62,207 bases of DNA from a virus: IMG/VR virus record IMGVR_UViG_3300033149_002577; one strand, 5' to 3'. Position numbers and translations under genes: made by a program. The notes beneath the pieces are model-generated. The model ran no database searches. It had not been told where the DNA came from and saw only the letters and a program-made list of their open reading frames with translations. How positions within the stretch are numbered: position 1 is the stretch's first letter; each line of letters opens with the position of its first letter. This document shows positions 32,920-43,289 of the stretch, one piece after another.

Positions 32920-34688
32920 GCACATATCGCCCATCGGCCTCTGTTCGTCTTCAAATCCGGTGCGAGGAATTCGATGACACGAGCACCCTAGAGGGGTTGC
33001 TGCCATCGGGAGATCCTGAAGCGTCCCTACCTGATCAAACATTCGAGGCTCCACCACAAGCGACCTCGGCCAGCGGAGACGACAGCACGGCCACGAGGCT
33101 TGAACGGAACCTAGAGCGCCGGCGAACTCTGGAAGGTCGACGTTCAAACATCTCACCGGAGGAATACCGATCGCAGAATGCCGAGCTCATCAGTGAAGAA
33201 CAGGACATCCTTGAGGACATCCGCCAAGCTGACGAAGAGTCTCTCGGTAGCGGTCCTGAGAGTATCGAGGGCTCGCCTCCGGACGACCTAACAGTGATAG
33301 GTTCAATCAACCCTCTGAACGTCATGATCGAGCGCAACGGGCTGTCCCAGGCCGACACTGCAACCATTGAATTACGGTGGAAGGACGCCCCTCTTGACCC
33401 GAGAATAATCCGTTCCGCTCATGTTCAGATCACTCTCGGAGTCGTCAGGCCTGAAGAATTTGAGGCCGGGATGTCAGCGAGCGATTCGACACGCGCTGAC
33501 GGCTTACTCCGCTCTGTTGTCCATGCTGGCGGTGAACGAGGAACGACTGAATTCCTCGGGTTTGTGGACTCTTGGCAGGTCAAATATTCTTCATTCGGCG
33601 ACATTATCACGCTCGAATGCCGGGATATGTCTGCCAATTTGAGAGATCTAAACCTCGGCACCGATGAAATTATCGATCTGACGCTTCCCATCGACCTCGG
33701 GATTGAACATTTTCTCACCCGACTCGGCCCGACGGTGCGAGGGATCGAGGTTGAATATCTGATCGATGGCGACGTGCCTACTCCTGGCGATACGTTCCCA
33801 CAACGACGACGCCCACGACGAGGAGCTCGCGCTCGACGAGGCCGAACTACAGGCGACAAGATGAGCGCCTGGGACCACATCACCGACGTCGTGAGAGCTC
33901 TTGGTTTCATCCCGATCATGCGAGGGTTCAGGTTGGTCATCATCGAGCCCAGAACGCTCTATGAAACTGTCGGCGTTACCAGGATGGTCTACGGTCGCAA
34001 CCTCGAAGAACTCTCATTCAGCCGGGCTCTCATGGGCGTGAAGGTCCCGACGATCGAGGTGCGTTGCTACGATTCGGAGACAGGGCGAACGCGGTGGGCT
34101 CGCTATCCCGTAGCCGACGGGCAGCGCTCTAATGGCGTTATGGGTATCGACCCTCAACCGAGGCCGTCTCGAGCCAACGAGGTGCCACCGAGCGGATCGA
34201 CGCCCACCGAGACGATCCGGATCATGTCGGTCACCAGCGTCAACGATCCCGCGACCCTAGAGCGCATCGCCCGCAACGCCTTTGAACAGCTTGGTCGCCA
34301 AGAGATCGAGGGCAACTTCTCGACAGCCGATGCATGGAGTTATGACCGGCCCGAGGCAACCGCTGACCTCCTCGCGCTCGACGCTGGCGACCCTGTTGAG
34401 CTCCTCATGACCGCAGCCGACTCCGGAGACGAGCCCGTGGTTGATGCCGGCGAAGCTCCTACCACCGCTCAAATTCAGGCAATGACCCGAGCTCGACGCC
34501 GAGACTATTTGATCGATATTGGATGGACCGAGGACGTTGCCGAGAGGTTCGCAGCGCTTCAGGATGCTACCGGGTTTCAACTCGTTTTTCGGGTGCAGAA
34601 GGCCATGATCAAATACGCTGCAACGACTGGAATGAAGATCGACGTGGACTTCATCAACTACATTACAGTGCGAGAGGATGCGTCATGA
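32904..34688 (+). CDS. Baseplate hub / gpD-like tail protein (putative)
   Basis: 594-aa ORF between the LysM protein and the gpV-like spike. Assigned by synteny only. Contains an Arg-rich patch (QRRRPRRGARARRGR). Confidence 0.4.
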   Translation: MEHLLSTYRPSASVRLQIRCEEFDDTSTLEGLLPSGDPEASLPDQTFEAPPQATSASGDDSTATRLERNLERRRTLEGRRSNISPEEYRSQNAELISEEQDILEDIRQADEESLGSGPESIEGSPPDDLTVIGSINPLNVMIERNGLSQADTATIELRWKDAPLDPRIIRSAHVQITLGVVRPEEFEAGMSASDSTRADGLLRSVVHAGGERGTTEFLGFVDSWQVKYSSFGDIITLECRDMSANLRDLNLGTDEIIDLTLPIDLGIEHFLTRLGPTVRGIEVEYLIDGDVPTPGDTFPQRRRPRRGARARRGRTTGDKMSAWDHITDVVRALGFIPIMRGFRLVIIEPRTLYETVGVTRMVYGRNLEELSFSRALMGVKVPTIEVRCYDSETGRTRWARYPVADGQRSNGVMGIDPQPRPSRANEVPPSGSTPTETIRIMSVTSVNDPATLERIARNAFEQLGRQEIEGNFSTADAWSYDRPEATADLLALDAGDPVELLMTAADSGDEPVVDAGEAPTTAQIQAMTRARRRDYLIDIGWTEDVAERFAALQDATGFQLVFRVQKAMIKYAATTGMKIDVDFINYITVREDAS

Positions 34689-35398
34689 GGCGAGGCATCG
34701 ACATCGCCCGCATCCGTGAATCGATGGCCGCTCCCGGCATGGATCAACGATGTTGGGTTTGTATGGGCAGAATCGACGACGATCCCGACGCTGCGGTGTG
34801 GGACGACGTTCTTGGGTGGCTCTGCGACGTCACAGCCGTTTCAGGACCTCTCGCGGGCTCATTGCTGCCATTGGCCTGCCGGGTTGTTTCGATCGCTCAA
34901 GGCGACGATAGCGGCATTCATAGCCCGCCTCGAAAGGGTGGGCTCGTCGTCGTCATGTTTCCTTCTGGCGATCCGAATGAGGACTCGATCATCGTCGGTT
35001 CCCTTCACAACACTGATGACGCCGGAGCGCCTGCCACGGTGAACGGCGAGGAGATCGATGAAGACTTCGCCGCTGAAACCTTCATCTACGCGCTACCCGA
35101 CTTCGACCTCGAGCAGGAATGGCGGAACGCTCGAATCACGGCCGGAGAGATGATCCTCGGCAAAGAAGACGCCGATCAGCCATACATGCGAGGCGATGAC
35201 TTCGCTGATGCTATCGAGGATATCGTTGACGCGATCGGCTCCTTTGCTCAGTCCATTGCCACAGCAACAGCGGCTCCTCCGAATGCTGCCCTGACAGTCG
35301 CCGATGTTCTCCTCGCCTATGCACCTCTCGAAATCGCCATCGTTCAATTCAAGGGTGCTCGAGAAGGCTATCTCTCGACAAGAATCAAAGGAGACTAA
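34685..35398 (+). CDS. Baseplate spike protein (gpV / gp5-OB-fold-like)
   Basis: PRKGGLVVVMFPSGDPNEDSIIVGSLHN matches the gpV/VgrG OB-fold motif. ATG 34685 overlaps the upstream stop. Confidence 0.65.
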   Translation: MRRGIDIARIRESMAAPGMDQRCWVCMGRIDDDPDAAVWDDVLGWLCDVTAVSGPLAGSLLPLACRVVSIAQGDDSGIHSPPRKGGLVVVMFPSGDPNEDSIIVGSLHNTDDAGAPATVNGEEIDEDFAAETFIYALPDFDLEQEWRNARITAGEMILGKEDADQPYMRGDDFADAIEDIVDAIGSFAQSIATATAAPPNAALTVADVLLAYAPLEIAIVQFKGAREGYLSTRIKGD

Positions 35399-35401
35399 AC
35401 C

Positions 35402-36154
35402 ATGGCAACCCTCGTTTCATGGGCTCAGACGACGCTCAACACGGTCGATCTCGTCCTCGGGAAAGAACCAGAGCACCTCGACCCGGCTGGTATTAGCGAC
35501 GGCCTCAACCTGGACAACTACGCCGTCATGGGGCCAACGACCCCCTACCCGGTGAGGCTCCTTCAATACGTGGAATACATCGCAGACAATACGCTCCGGC
35601 TCTGGTTTGATGGCGAGCTCGTGCCCGGCGAAACCTACGAGGTTCAAGCCTCGGGCCTCCTGGCCTATGACGGAACACCGTTCACACCCAACCCGATGCT
35701 CGCCGAGTTCACGGCCTATGGCGCTGACGTTCCGGTCGTGCCTATTCGATTCGACAAAACGGATTCATTTGATCTCGCAAATCCTCAGCTTGAGCGCGAT
35801 TCTCAGGGACATTCCATGGGAACGCTATCGGTTGACGAACAGGGCGATCTGACCGTCGAGGGACGTCGAGCGAGCTTACGAAAACGGGTTCTTCGTCGAT
35901 GCACCTCGAGGCCGGGTGGTTTTGCTCACCTCGAAAACTACGGGCTCCGCATCGACTCAAAGACGCTCATCAGGCCGGCTGACCTCCGACGTCTTCAGCA
36001 GGATGCCGAGGCGCAGGTGTCGATGGAACCCGACGTTGTTTCCGTACGTGCTATCGTGAGACAACTGGCCACGGGTGGTGCGTGGTTGACCCTCAAGGTC
36101 CGAGCTCAGTACGGAGAGATCGACGTTGAGACCACCATTGGAGGCGATGAATAA
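35402..36154 (+). CDS. Baseplate protein with a gp25/gpW-like C-terminal half
   Basis: ASLRKRVLRRCTSRPGGFAHLENYGLRI resembles the GPW_gp25 core (L..T..GeR...P.fG). Lies between the gpV-like and gpJ-like genes. Confidence 0.5.
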   Translation: MATLVSWAQTTLNTVDLVLGKEPEHLDPAGISDGLNLDNYAVMGPTTPYPVRLLQYVEYIADNTLRLWFDGELVPGETYEVQASGLLAYDGTPFTPNPMLAEFTAYGADVPVVPIRFDKTDSFDLANPQLERDSQGHSMGTLSVDEQGDLTVEGRRASLRKRVLRRCTSRPGGFAHLENYGLRIDSKTLIRPADLRRLQQDAEAQVSMEPDVVSVRAIVRQLATGGAWLTLKVRAQYGEIDVETTIGGDE

Positions 36155-37281
36155 TGGCGGATCTTCCTAGCAGAGCTCAGCTTTTCGAGGTTGGAGCAAA
36201 CGACCTCTTAGTCCGAGCTGAAACCAGGCCAGTCGGCCAACGAATCACCCCGGAGCAGGTCAGCATTCCCGGCAGCGATGTGAATCTTATCTTCGGTGGC
36301 GCGAGCGCTATGGCCGAAGAAATCATTCGGCAGCATGCTCGAGATGTTTCCGATCTGACCCTCGACGGAGCCGAAGGGAAAGCACTTGATCGCCTCGTCG
36401 CAGATCGATACTCGCCTTCCATCGTCCGAAAAGATGCCTCTCCGGCTTACATATCGCTCTCGTTCACGCGGACAAGCGCCGCAGCAGGGGCCGTGAATTA
36501 CGATGCCGGTAGCGTCGTGGAGACCACGGGCGGGGCAAGGTTCGCGACTCAAGCCGTGGCCGCTTTTGGCGCTTCGTCATTGGGGCCGGTGGTCGTCTCA
36601 GGCCGAGCCGTCAACGCAGGTCCGAGCGGGAACGTAGCCATCGGAACCGTGACTAAATTCGTCACCGCGAAGACCGACTCAACGATGTTGGTGACCAATA
36701 CCGCAGTTGGCGCCGGCGGTGACTACACCGAGAGTGATTCGTCGCTGAAGTCTAGAGCTCGTGCCTTCTTCCCGAACGCTCGACGAGGAACCGTCGAAGC
36801 AATCATGAACGGGGCTCTCTCGGTTCCAGGCGTCCAACAGGCTGCCGTTTACGAGCTCCTTCAAGCGCCGCTAATGGTCCCGTCTGGGTTCATGACGTGC
36901 TTCGTTGCCGACTCGAACGGCCAGTCAAATTCGTTGCTCAATGCTGCCGTGGAGCTCGCTCTTTTCGAGTATCGGGGCGGTGGTGTTTGGGTGACTGTCT
37001 ACGGCGGAACCCCAGTTTACCAGTCCATTCAACTTGACCTCTCATACAACGCAGGGATCGACACCGTGGCAGCCTGGTCGAACGTAAGAGCAGCCGTCAT
37101 CGCCGTTGTGAACGCTCTGGCACCTGGAAAGATGCTTGAGGTATCCATGATCACCGCAGCGGCTCGCCTGGTGACTGGTGTGATCGTCGAAGATGACGCC
37201 GTTGTGGTCCCGGCAGGCGACGTGGTGCCGACAGGAGGCCAAGTTATCAGGACTAGAGCCGATCTCGTCACCCCCGCGTGA
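36154..37281 (+). CDS. Baseplate J-like protein
   Basis: 375-aa ORF with the DSSLKSRARAFFPNARRGTVEAI pattern. Its position after the gp25-like gene fits gpJ / Mu gp47. Confidence 0.6.
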   Translation: MADLPSRAQLFEVGANDLLVRAETRPVGQRITPEQVSIPGSDVNLIFGGASAMAEEIIRQHARDVSDLTLDGAEGKALDRLVADRYSPSIVRKDASPAYISLSFTRTSAAAGAVNYDAGSVVETTGGARFATQAVAAFGASSLGPVVVSGRAVNAGPSGNVAIGTVTKFVTAKTDSTMLVTNTAVGAGGDYTESDSSLKSRARAFFPNARRGTVEAIMNGALSVPGVQQAAVYELLQAPLMVPSGFMTCFVADSNGQSNSLLNAAVELALFEYRGGGVWVTVYGGTPVYQSIQLDLSYNAGIDTVAAWSNVRAAVIAVVNALAPGKMLEVSMITAAARLVTGVIVEDDAVVVPAGDVVPTGGQVIRTRADLVTPA

Positions 37282-37301
37282 GCCGTGCTATCCTCTGAGC
37301 C

Positions 37302-40300
37302 GTGGCCAAACTATCACAAGATGATCTCCTAGATGTTCTCCGGGCTTCCGCCGACGACGCCTATATCGAGCCTCTTGAAACCGTCGACGATGGAGCCGGA
37401 TTTGACCTCCATCGCGCCATCGCGGCGATATTTGCTCGAGCATCAGAGGCCGTCGATACCAACACGCAGGCGATGTATCTCTACCCTCACTCGGAGCAGA
37501 CGTCGGCGCCGGCAGGTGGCGGTGTTCAAGCTTCAGGAAACCTGCTGATCGTCAGAACAGCACCCACCGATGGCGAGATCATTCTGACTGAAGGCGAGCT
37601 CCTCGTCGTGCTTCTCACGACTCTTGATGCCGAGATAATCGTCGAGGCCGAACTCGAGGTCGCTACCAGCACCACGTTTTCTGCGGGCGTCGGTGGGCCT
37701 CTAAGCGTTCCAGTCCGTGCGGTTCGAGTCGGATACCACGGAAATCTACCGACCTCAGAGAGCCGATACGCCATCGCTAAACAGCTCACGACGATGACGT
37801 TGACCGGCATGACCTCGACGATCGCGAACTACGTCACCGACACCGGGCTCAACGACACTTTTGAAGAGGCCTCGGTAGGTGCTTGGCTGCGGTTCACTTC
37901 CGGCCCCAACGTCGGGACAGGCCCGAGGCTCATCCTCTCTTTCGATGCCTCAACCTCGACGGTGATCGTTGACGGCTCGGCCCTCGTGGCCAGCGTTGTC
38001 AACGACGGCGAGATCGTGGATTTGAGCACCATCGGTTTTGCTCCGGTGATCGACAGCGAGCTCTCAAGCGGCGTTTCCCCCATGCTCGACATGCTCGGCG
38101 CCGGCCGTGACATGGGCCGAGAGCCAACCGAAACTGACGACGAGTATCGTGAGCGCCTTCGATACCTCCCTGACATTGTCTCCCCCAACGCGCTCTATCG
38201 GGCCGCCTCCCGTATCCTGACGCCGTTGAGCATCAGGTTCCGCCTGCTTGAAGCTCGAAGCACTGACGATTTTACCGGCGGCGCCTGGGACGTCATGGCC
38301 TACGATGACCCAGCATTTTACAACTGGGTTCTCGGTCGTCAAAACTTCTTCCAAGGCGACGCCTTTGAATATCGCGGTTTCTACCTCGTGATCGAACGTC
38401 AATGGTACGGCGACTTCGGAGCCCCGTTCGACTCATGGCCAGCGGCATCGCCTAATCATCCGTCGAATGCCTGGGATTGGATGGCCTATGACGGCTATCC
38501 CCTTGGTTTCGCGAACGACCTGGACAGAACCATCGTCGAAGTTGAAAAAGCCCGCATGGGCGGCGTCCCTTGGCTCTTGGTCCTCGCTGCGTCATTTGGC
38601 AGTTACGGTGCCTCAGCCGGCTCATCGACAGTATTGGCGTTATCGCCCGTTTCTTCGTTCGGCGCCTCAGCCGGCACCTCAACCGTCATCGCTGTGGGAG
38701 AATCAACATCTGAGGCCGATGGCATATCAGATGGAACCTCCACATCCACCGCCGTCGGGGAGTCGACATTCGAAGCTGCCGGATTATCTGATGGTATTTC
38801 GACGGTTACTGGCATTGCCACTTCGGTGGCCGTGGGTGCGTCAGACGGCACCTCGACAGCAATCGCCGAATCTGCATTCATAATGTCGAAATCTATCGAC
38901 GTATGGGAAAGCTCAAGAATCGATTTCGACAACAATCTCGGCTTTGATTATGACGAAGCCTTCTCGTTTTCTTTCTGGTTTCGTCCAAAAACTGAACGAG
39001 GAAGCGGTCTTCGTGAATTGCTTGAGAAATGGGACAGCGGATCAACTCGCGGATACCAACTGAACTGGGACCAGGGAACAGGAAACGTTCAATTCCTCTT
39101 GAGCAACGGGCCAAGCAACCAGATCGATGTTGACTTCACCGACGCCGCGCTTGGAAATTCAGATTCTTGGCACCATATCGCGGTCTCTTATGATGGCTCA
39201 GAGGCGGCCTCCGGCATCAGTATTTACATTGACAACTCATCAAGATCACTCGCGACAAACGCAGATACCTTGAGCGCAACGACTTTGAACACCGAAGATC
39301 TCGCGTTTTCAAATGTCTTGTCAGGATGCGTCGGTCGATTCTGCAACGGTGCTTTTTGGTCAAAGGAAATTAGCTCGGTCGAGGTGACATCGCTTTACAA
39401 CAGTGCCCTGCCAACATCAATCTCCGACAATGAGTCATGGTGGAAACTCGGCGAGGGCGACGCACCCGGTTCCATCCTCGACTCAAGCGGAAATGGGATA
39501 ACAGGGACAGGCGGCGGCCATGATGGCCTCTTCGTCGACGATTGCCCAGGTTACGATTATTCAAATTCTCACGGTCTCAGATTCGATGGAAACGCCTATG
39601 TCGACATAGGCGATCATTTCGACCTGGCAAGTTCATCGGCCGATTTCTCTGGCTCTATTTGGTTCAAGACAACGACGAAAACCTCAACACGTATGACGTT
39701 CTTCTCAAAAGCAGAAGACGCTGATCCGGAGCAAGTATCTTACACGGCACACATGTACACATTCGGTGGGTATGATTATTTCAGGGTTGCTTTACATGCT
39801 GATATATATGACAGAGTTGGGCGATATCGAGCGCCAGAGGGAACATACACAGATGGGCAATGGCATCATTTCGCATGCTCGTATGAGAACGAATCATATA
39901 CTGAGTTTACTGTTCGCATGTTCCTCGATGGCCAAGAGGTAACGGTCGCAGAAGACCAAAATGACAGCTTTGAATTTGTGTATTATGGGAACACTAGCCC
40001 ATTGCTTATTGGCGCAATTGATGAAGAATCTTCGATAAGCGAATATTTCTACGGCGAACTCAAAGAATTCTATTTTATTATGAGCAACGTAGCCGCCAAT
40101 AACTTGACCCTTGCCAACGCACGAAAATATTACGGTCACGGAATACCACCTGAAAATGTCTATCCTGGAATGAGCCCCCATCTCTACTTCCGCCTCGGGA
40201 CGGGAGACACCTACGACGAGGCAACCACGCGCGGTCGGGCATACGACTACGACGGCACCATGAACGGAATGTCCGACACCGACCTCCTCGACGACGCCAT

Positions 40301-41726
40301 TACGAAGCAGACGATCGGGTGGTCCTCAGTCTTCGACGGGACGGATGATTGCATCACAATGGGGGATGTTCTCGATAAAGAACTCGCTGATCCCATCTCG
40401 ATTTTAGCGTGGATGAAATTAAGCGGTGGCGGGACAGCAAAGGTAATTCTAGGCAAAACCATTGCAGGAGAACAGGGTTATCAATTTGGTTATCATTCTG
40501 GCAATCAATTTATAGGAAAACTAAAGGGAGCGACTGGACAGATATACGTGCGGTGGCTGATTACTCTTGATTCAAACTGGCATCATGCCTGTTTTGCGTA
40601 TGATGGATCTGGAAATGCCAGTGGATGTGCTTGTTATTGCGACGGTGTGCTTCTTTCAATGGATACGATTGTTGATACATTAGCAGGCACAATGGCGACA
40701 TCCGGACCATTTATGATTGGTGGTCTTCAAAGCTCTTCGACCCCAAATAGTCCGTTCAACGGGAATCTTGCGTATGTTGGTCTGTTTGAAAGAGAACTTA
40801 CACAGGCCGAGGTTTTCGAGGCAATCTTTACGCCGAATCTAAACGCCCATTCGCAGGAATCAGACCTCGAGGGCTTCTGGAAATGCGGACAAGAAGACGA
40901 CCACCCGACGGTTATTGACTATGGTTCAGGCGGTAATAACGGCACCATGACCAACATGGTCGCCGGGGATATCGTCAACGAATTCCCGAAAGCTCCCTGG
41001 CTTGACACCTCATCGGCCCTTGACGGAACGAACGACACCATCACGATGGGCGATGTGCTCGACAGGCTTCACACTGAAGCTTTCTCGATTTCCGCATGGT
41101 TCAAAACCGATTCAGCATCAGTGCTTCAAGGGATCGTGGCGAAGAGATCGACGGCCGGGGACACCCCAGGATATGCGATGAACTGGGACGGGGCGAACAG
41201 TCGATTCGACGTCTACCTTGTGAGCACGGCCTCAAACCTCATACATGCAACGTTCGCCGATACAATAGATACCGCCTGGCACCACGTCGTGATGACCTAT
41301 AACGGAGGCTATGACATTACCGATGTTCTCCTTTATGTCGACGGGGTTTCGTTGACGCGAGCCACCCAATCGAACGCGCTCTCGGCAACGATGGCCAACT
41401 CGGCACCGTTGCTGATCAGCGGGGAAAACAGTTCGTCCTCACCGACGAATCCCTTCGACGGCAATGTCTGCGGAATTGATATCTTCGATGACGATCTCTC
41501 GCAGGATCAAGTTGACGAACTCTTCGGTGTTGGGATGCCTCGAGACACCAGAATCCACACCGAGACTTTGGCCGGCAACCAGGACGGTAAATGGAACTGC
41601 GGCACAGATGATACCTACGATGAGACCACGGACCGCTCAACAGGCGGAAGCGATGGAACGTTGACGAATATGGCGGAAGAAGACTTCGAGCTTTACGATG
41701 CGCCTCTAGCGTTTGGAGATTTATAA
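37302..41726 (+). CDS. Tail fibre / receptor-binding protein: N-terminal baseplate-attachment region, ~5 G/S/T/A 20-aa repeats, 4 LamG-like domains
   Basis: 1474-aa ORF with a GTG start. Four LamG-type signatures (FSFSFWFR..WHHIAVSYDG, FSGSIWFK..WHHFACSY, ISILAWMK..WHHACFAYDG, FSISAWFK..WHHVVMTYNG). Confidence 0.75.
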   Translation: MAKLSQDDLLDVLRASADDAYIEPLETVDDGAGFDLHRAIAAIFARASEAVDTNTQAMYLYPHSEQTSAPAGGGVQASGNLLIVRTAPTDGEIILTEGELLVVLLTTLDAEIIVEAELEVATSTTFSAGVGGPLSVPVRAVRVGYHGNLPTSESRYAIAKQLTTMTLTGMTSTIANYVTDTGLNDTFEEASVGAWLRFTSGPNVGTGPRLILSFDASTSTVIVDGSALVASVVNDGEIVDLSTIGFAPVIDSELSSGVSPMLDMLGAGRDMGREPTETDDEYRERLRYLPDIVSPNALYRAASRILTPLSIRFRLLEARSTDDFTGGAWDVMAYDDPAFYNWVLGRQNFFQGDAFEYRGFYLVIERQWYGDFGAPFDSWPAASPNHPSNAWDWMAYDGYPLGFANDLDRTIVEVEKARMGGVPWLLVLAASFGSYGASAGSSTVLALSPVSSFGASAGTSTVIAVGESTSEADGISDGTSTSTAVGESTFEAAGLSDGISTVTGIATSVAVGASDGTSTAIAESAFIMSKSIDVWESSRIDFDNNLGFDYDEAFSFSFWFRPKTERGSGLRELLEKWDSGSTRGYQLNWDQGTGNVQFLLSNGPSNQIDVDFTDAALGNSDSWHHIAVSYDGSEAASGISIYIDNSSRSLATNADTLSATTLNTEDLAFSNVLSGCVGRFCNGAFWSKEISSVEVTSLYNSALPTSISDNESWWKLGEGDAPGSILDSSGNGITGTGGGHDGLFVDDCPGYDYSNSHGLRFDGNAYVDIGDHFDLASSSADFSGSIWFKTTTKTSTRMTFFSKAEDADPEQVSYTAHMYTFGGYDYFRVALHADIYDRVGRYRAPEGTYTDGQWHHFACSYENESYTEFTVRMFLDGQEVTVAEDQNDSFEFVYYGNTSPLLIGAIDEESSISEYFYGELKEFYFIMSNVAANNLTLANARKYYGHGIPPENVYPGMSPHLYFRLGTGDTYDEATTRGRAYDYDGTMNGMSDTDLLDDAITKQTIGWSSVFDGTDDCITMGDVLDKELADPISILAWMKLSGGGTAKVILGKTIAGEQGYQFGYHSGNQFIGKLKGATGQIYVRWLITLDSNWHHACFAYDGSGNASGCACYCDGVLLSMDTIVDTLAGTMATSGPFMIGGLQSSSTPNSPFNGNLAYVGLFERELTQAEVFEAIFTPNLNAHSQESDLEGFWKCGQEDDHPTVIDYGSGGNNGTMTNMVAGDIVNEFPKAPWLDTSSALDGTNDTITMGDVLDRLHTEAFSISAWFKTDSASVLQGIVAKRSTAGDTPGYAMNWDGANSRFDVYLVSTASNLIHATFADTIDTAWHHVVMTYNGGYDITDVLLYVDGVSLTRATQSNALSATMANSAPLLISGENSSSSPTNPFDGNVCGIDIFDDDLSQDQVDELFGVGMPRDTRIHTETLAGNQDGKWNCGTDDTYDETTDRSTGGSDGTLTNMAEEDFELYDAPLAFGDL
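38598..38880 (+). repeat. Short copy of the 20-aa GTST repeat array, inside the tail-fibre gene
   Basis: ASAGTSTVIAVGESTSEADGISDGTSTSTAVGESTFEAAGLSDGISTV... is homologous to the 15680-19040 repeats and is followed by the same LamG junction (DFDNNLGFDYDEAFSFSFW versus DFNNVLNYDYDEAFSFSTW). Confidence 0.8.
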
Positions 41727-43250
41727 ATGGCACTTCAAGGATCAGTACCAATCACCACGCTCGAGAGAGCCGTATCAACCGACGTTGTCACGAGCGACGA
41801 CCTTATCAATCGGTCGTTGGCCGAGTTCGTGAAGTGCTTCGCGAGGACATCAGAGGCCGGCGGGAGCGCCTCGGTGAGAGACCATATGGTCTCAGCTCTT
41901 CGCGTGACTCAAAGCGGTAGTGTTTTACAGATTCAGCCTGGGATTCTTGCGCAAGATGTTGCAGCGAACCCTCCGGATGTTCCGGCGGCTGGGACCTTCG
42001 ATAGCCACTATCGATTCGGCATCCAGTTCGCTCAAGCAGCGCTTTCAGACCCCTGGGACGCAGCGGATCGTTGGTGGCTACTCCAGGCCCGCGTGGTGCG
42101 CGTAACGACGCTCTCAGAGCAGCGAGACATCTTCAATCCGACGCTCACGACCTTCGCCCTCTCCGGGGCATCCCTCGATAAGCGCTATGAATCGCGAGTT
42201 GAAACCGATTGGAAGGCCGGCACCTCGACGACGGCCGCCTCTGCTGACCTCGGCTATGCTCCGATCGCTGCGGTCTGGAGGCCATCAGGAGGCGGTGCAA
42301 TCACTGACGCCGATATCATTCAACTGGCCATTCAGTTCGACGATCTGACGAGCGTTCATACAGACAATGAGATCGCGAGCAGGTCATTGATGAAGCTTCA
42401 ATGCGGCGACGGAATGAACGTTCCATCGTCAGATTGTTTTTTTGCTTTTGCTGCCGAAATCAGAGGACTGCAACTTTTCGCAGAGGCAAACACGGCAGTA
42501 TCGCTTCGCTCAGCCACATTTGTCGACCCTGGTGATATTGCATCGATCGGAACTGACGATCTTTGGTGGTATGTTTATCTGGCAGCTCAAAGCGGTATTC
42601 TCCCGTCGAACATGTACACAAATATCGATCACCGTGGCGCGATCATCGTTTCAAGAACGCCACCAAACGATTTCGGATCAAACAGTTCAACAATTACGAT
42701 TCCGGACCCAATAAACATAGCTGTTCCTGGTAACGGAGCTGCGTTTGTTGGGTGTTTCCGGGCGTCAGGAACAGGATCAAATATTCATTACATAAACATT
42801 AGCAAGGATGGCGAAGGAATCATCGATAGAGTTTCAGGCATGGTTTCCCAATTGAACCAGACTCAACAATACGGCCAGGTCTCATCACCGTACAACTGGG
42901 CAACGTCTGGGCCTGGCTCCACAGAGTTCCTGCCGTTTGGTTGTCATTATAAAATGCGACTCAGAACGGACGGGCTTGATGTCGCTTCTACGGCCCTAGC
43001 CATTGGTTGGAGGTTTGACTTTCCAGGCGACAGCCAAGACGTATCTGATGAGGTAATGATGGGATGCCGCGATATAGGCATGCTGTATTTCGATCTACAC
43101 CCTGTCGATGGATACTCAGGTGCAAATTTGACCGTGACGATAACGGCGAGAACATTAAATATTTACATTGGTTCAACGGGGGCATTGCCCAACGCTGACG
43201 GCGGAACCAATTCATACCAACTCGATTGCGTCGGCATCCGCCTAATTTGA
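41727..43250 (+). CDS. Tail fibre-associated / distal tail protein (putative)
   Basis: 507-aa ORF starting one base after the fibre gene stop. No motif recognised. Confidence 0.45.
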   Translation: MALQGSVPITTLERAVSTDVVTSDDLINRSLAEFVKCFARTSEAGGSASVRDHMVSALRVTQSGSVLQIQPGILAQDVAANPPDVPAAGTFDSHYRFGIQFAQAALSDPWDAADRWWLLQARVVRVTTLSEQRDIFNPTLTTFALSGASLDKRYESRVETDWKAGTSTTAASADLGYAPIAAVWRPSGGGAITDADIIQLAIQFDDLTSVHTDNEIASRSLMKLQCGDGMNVPSSDCFFAFAAEIRGLQLFAEANTAVSLRSATFVDPGDIASIGTDDLWWYVYLAAQSGILPSNMYTNIDHRGAIIVSRTPPNDFGSNSSTITIPDPINIAVPGNGAAFVGCFRASGTGSNIHYINISKDGEGIIDRVSGMVSQLNQTQQYGQVSSPYNWATSGPGSTEFLPFGCHYKMRLRTDGLDVASTALAIGWRFDFPGDSQDVSDEVMMGCRDIGMLYFDLHPVDGYSGANLTVTITARTLNIYIGSTGALPNADGGTNSYQLDCVGIRLI

Positions 43251-43289
43251 CCCCTATGTTACCCTGGACGGAGCATAGAAAGGGCTCCC

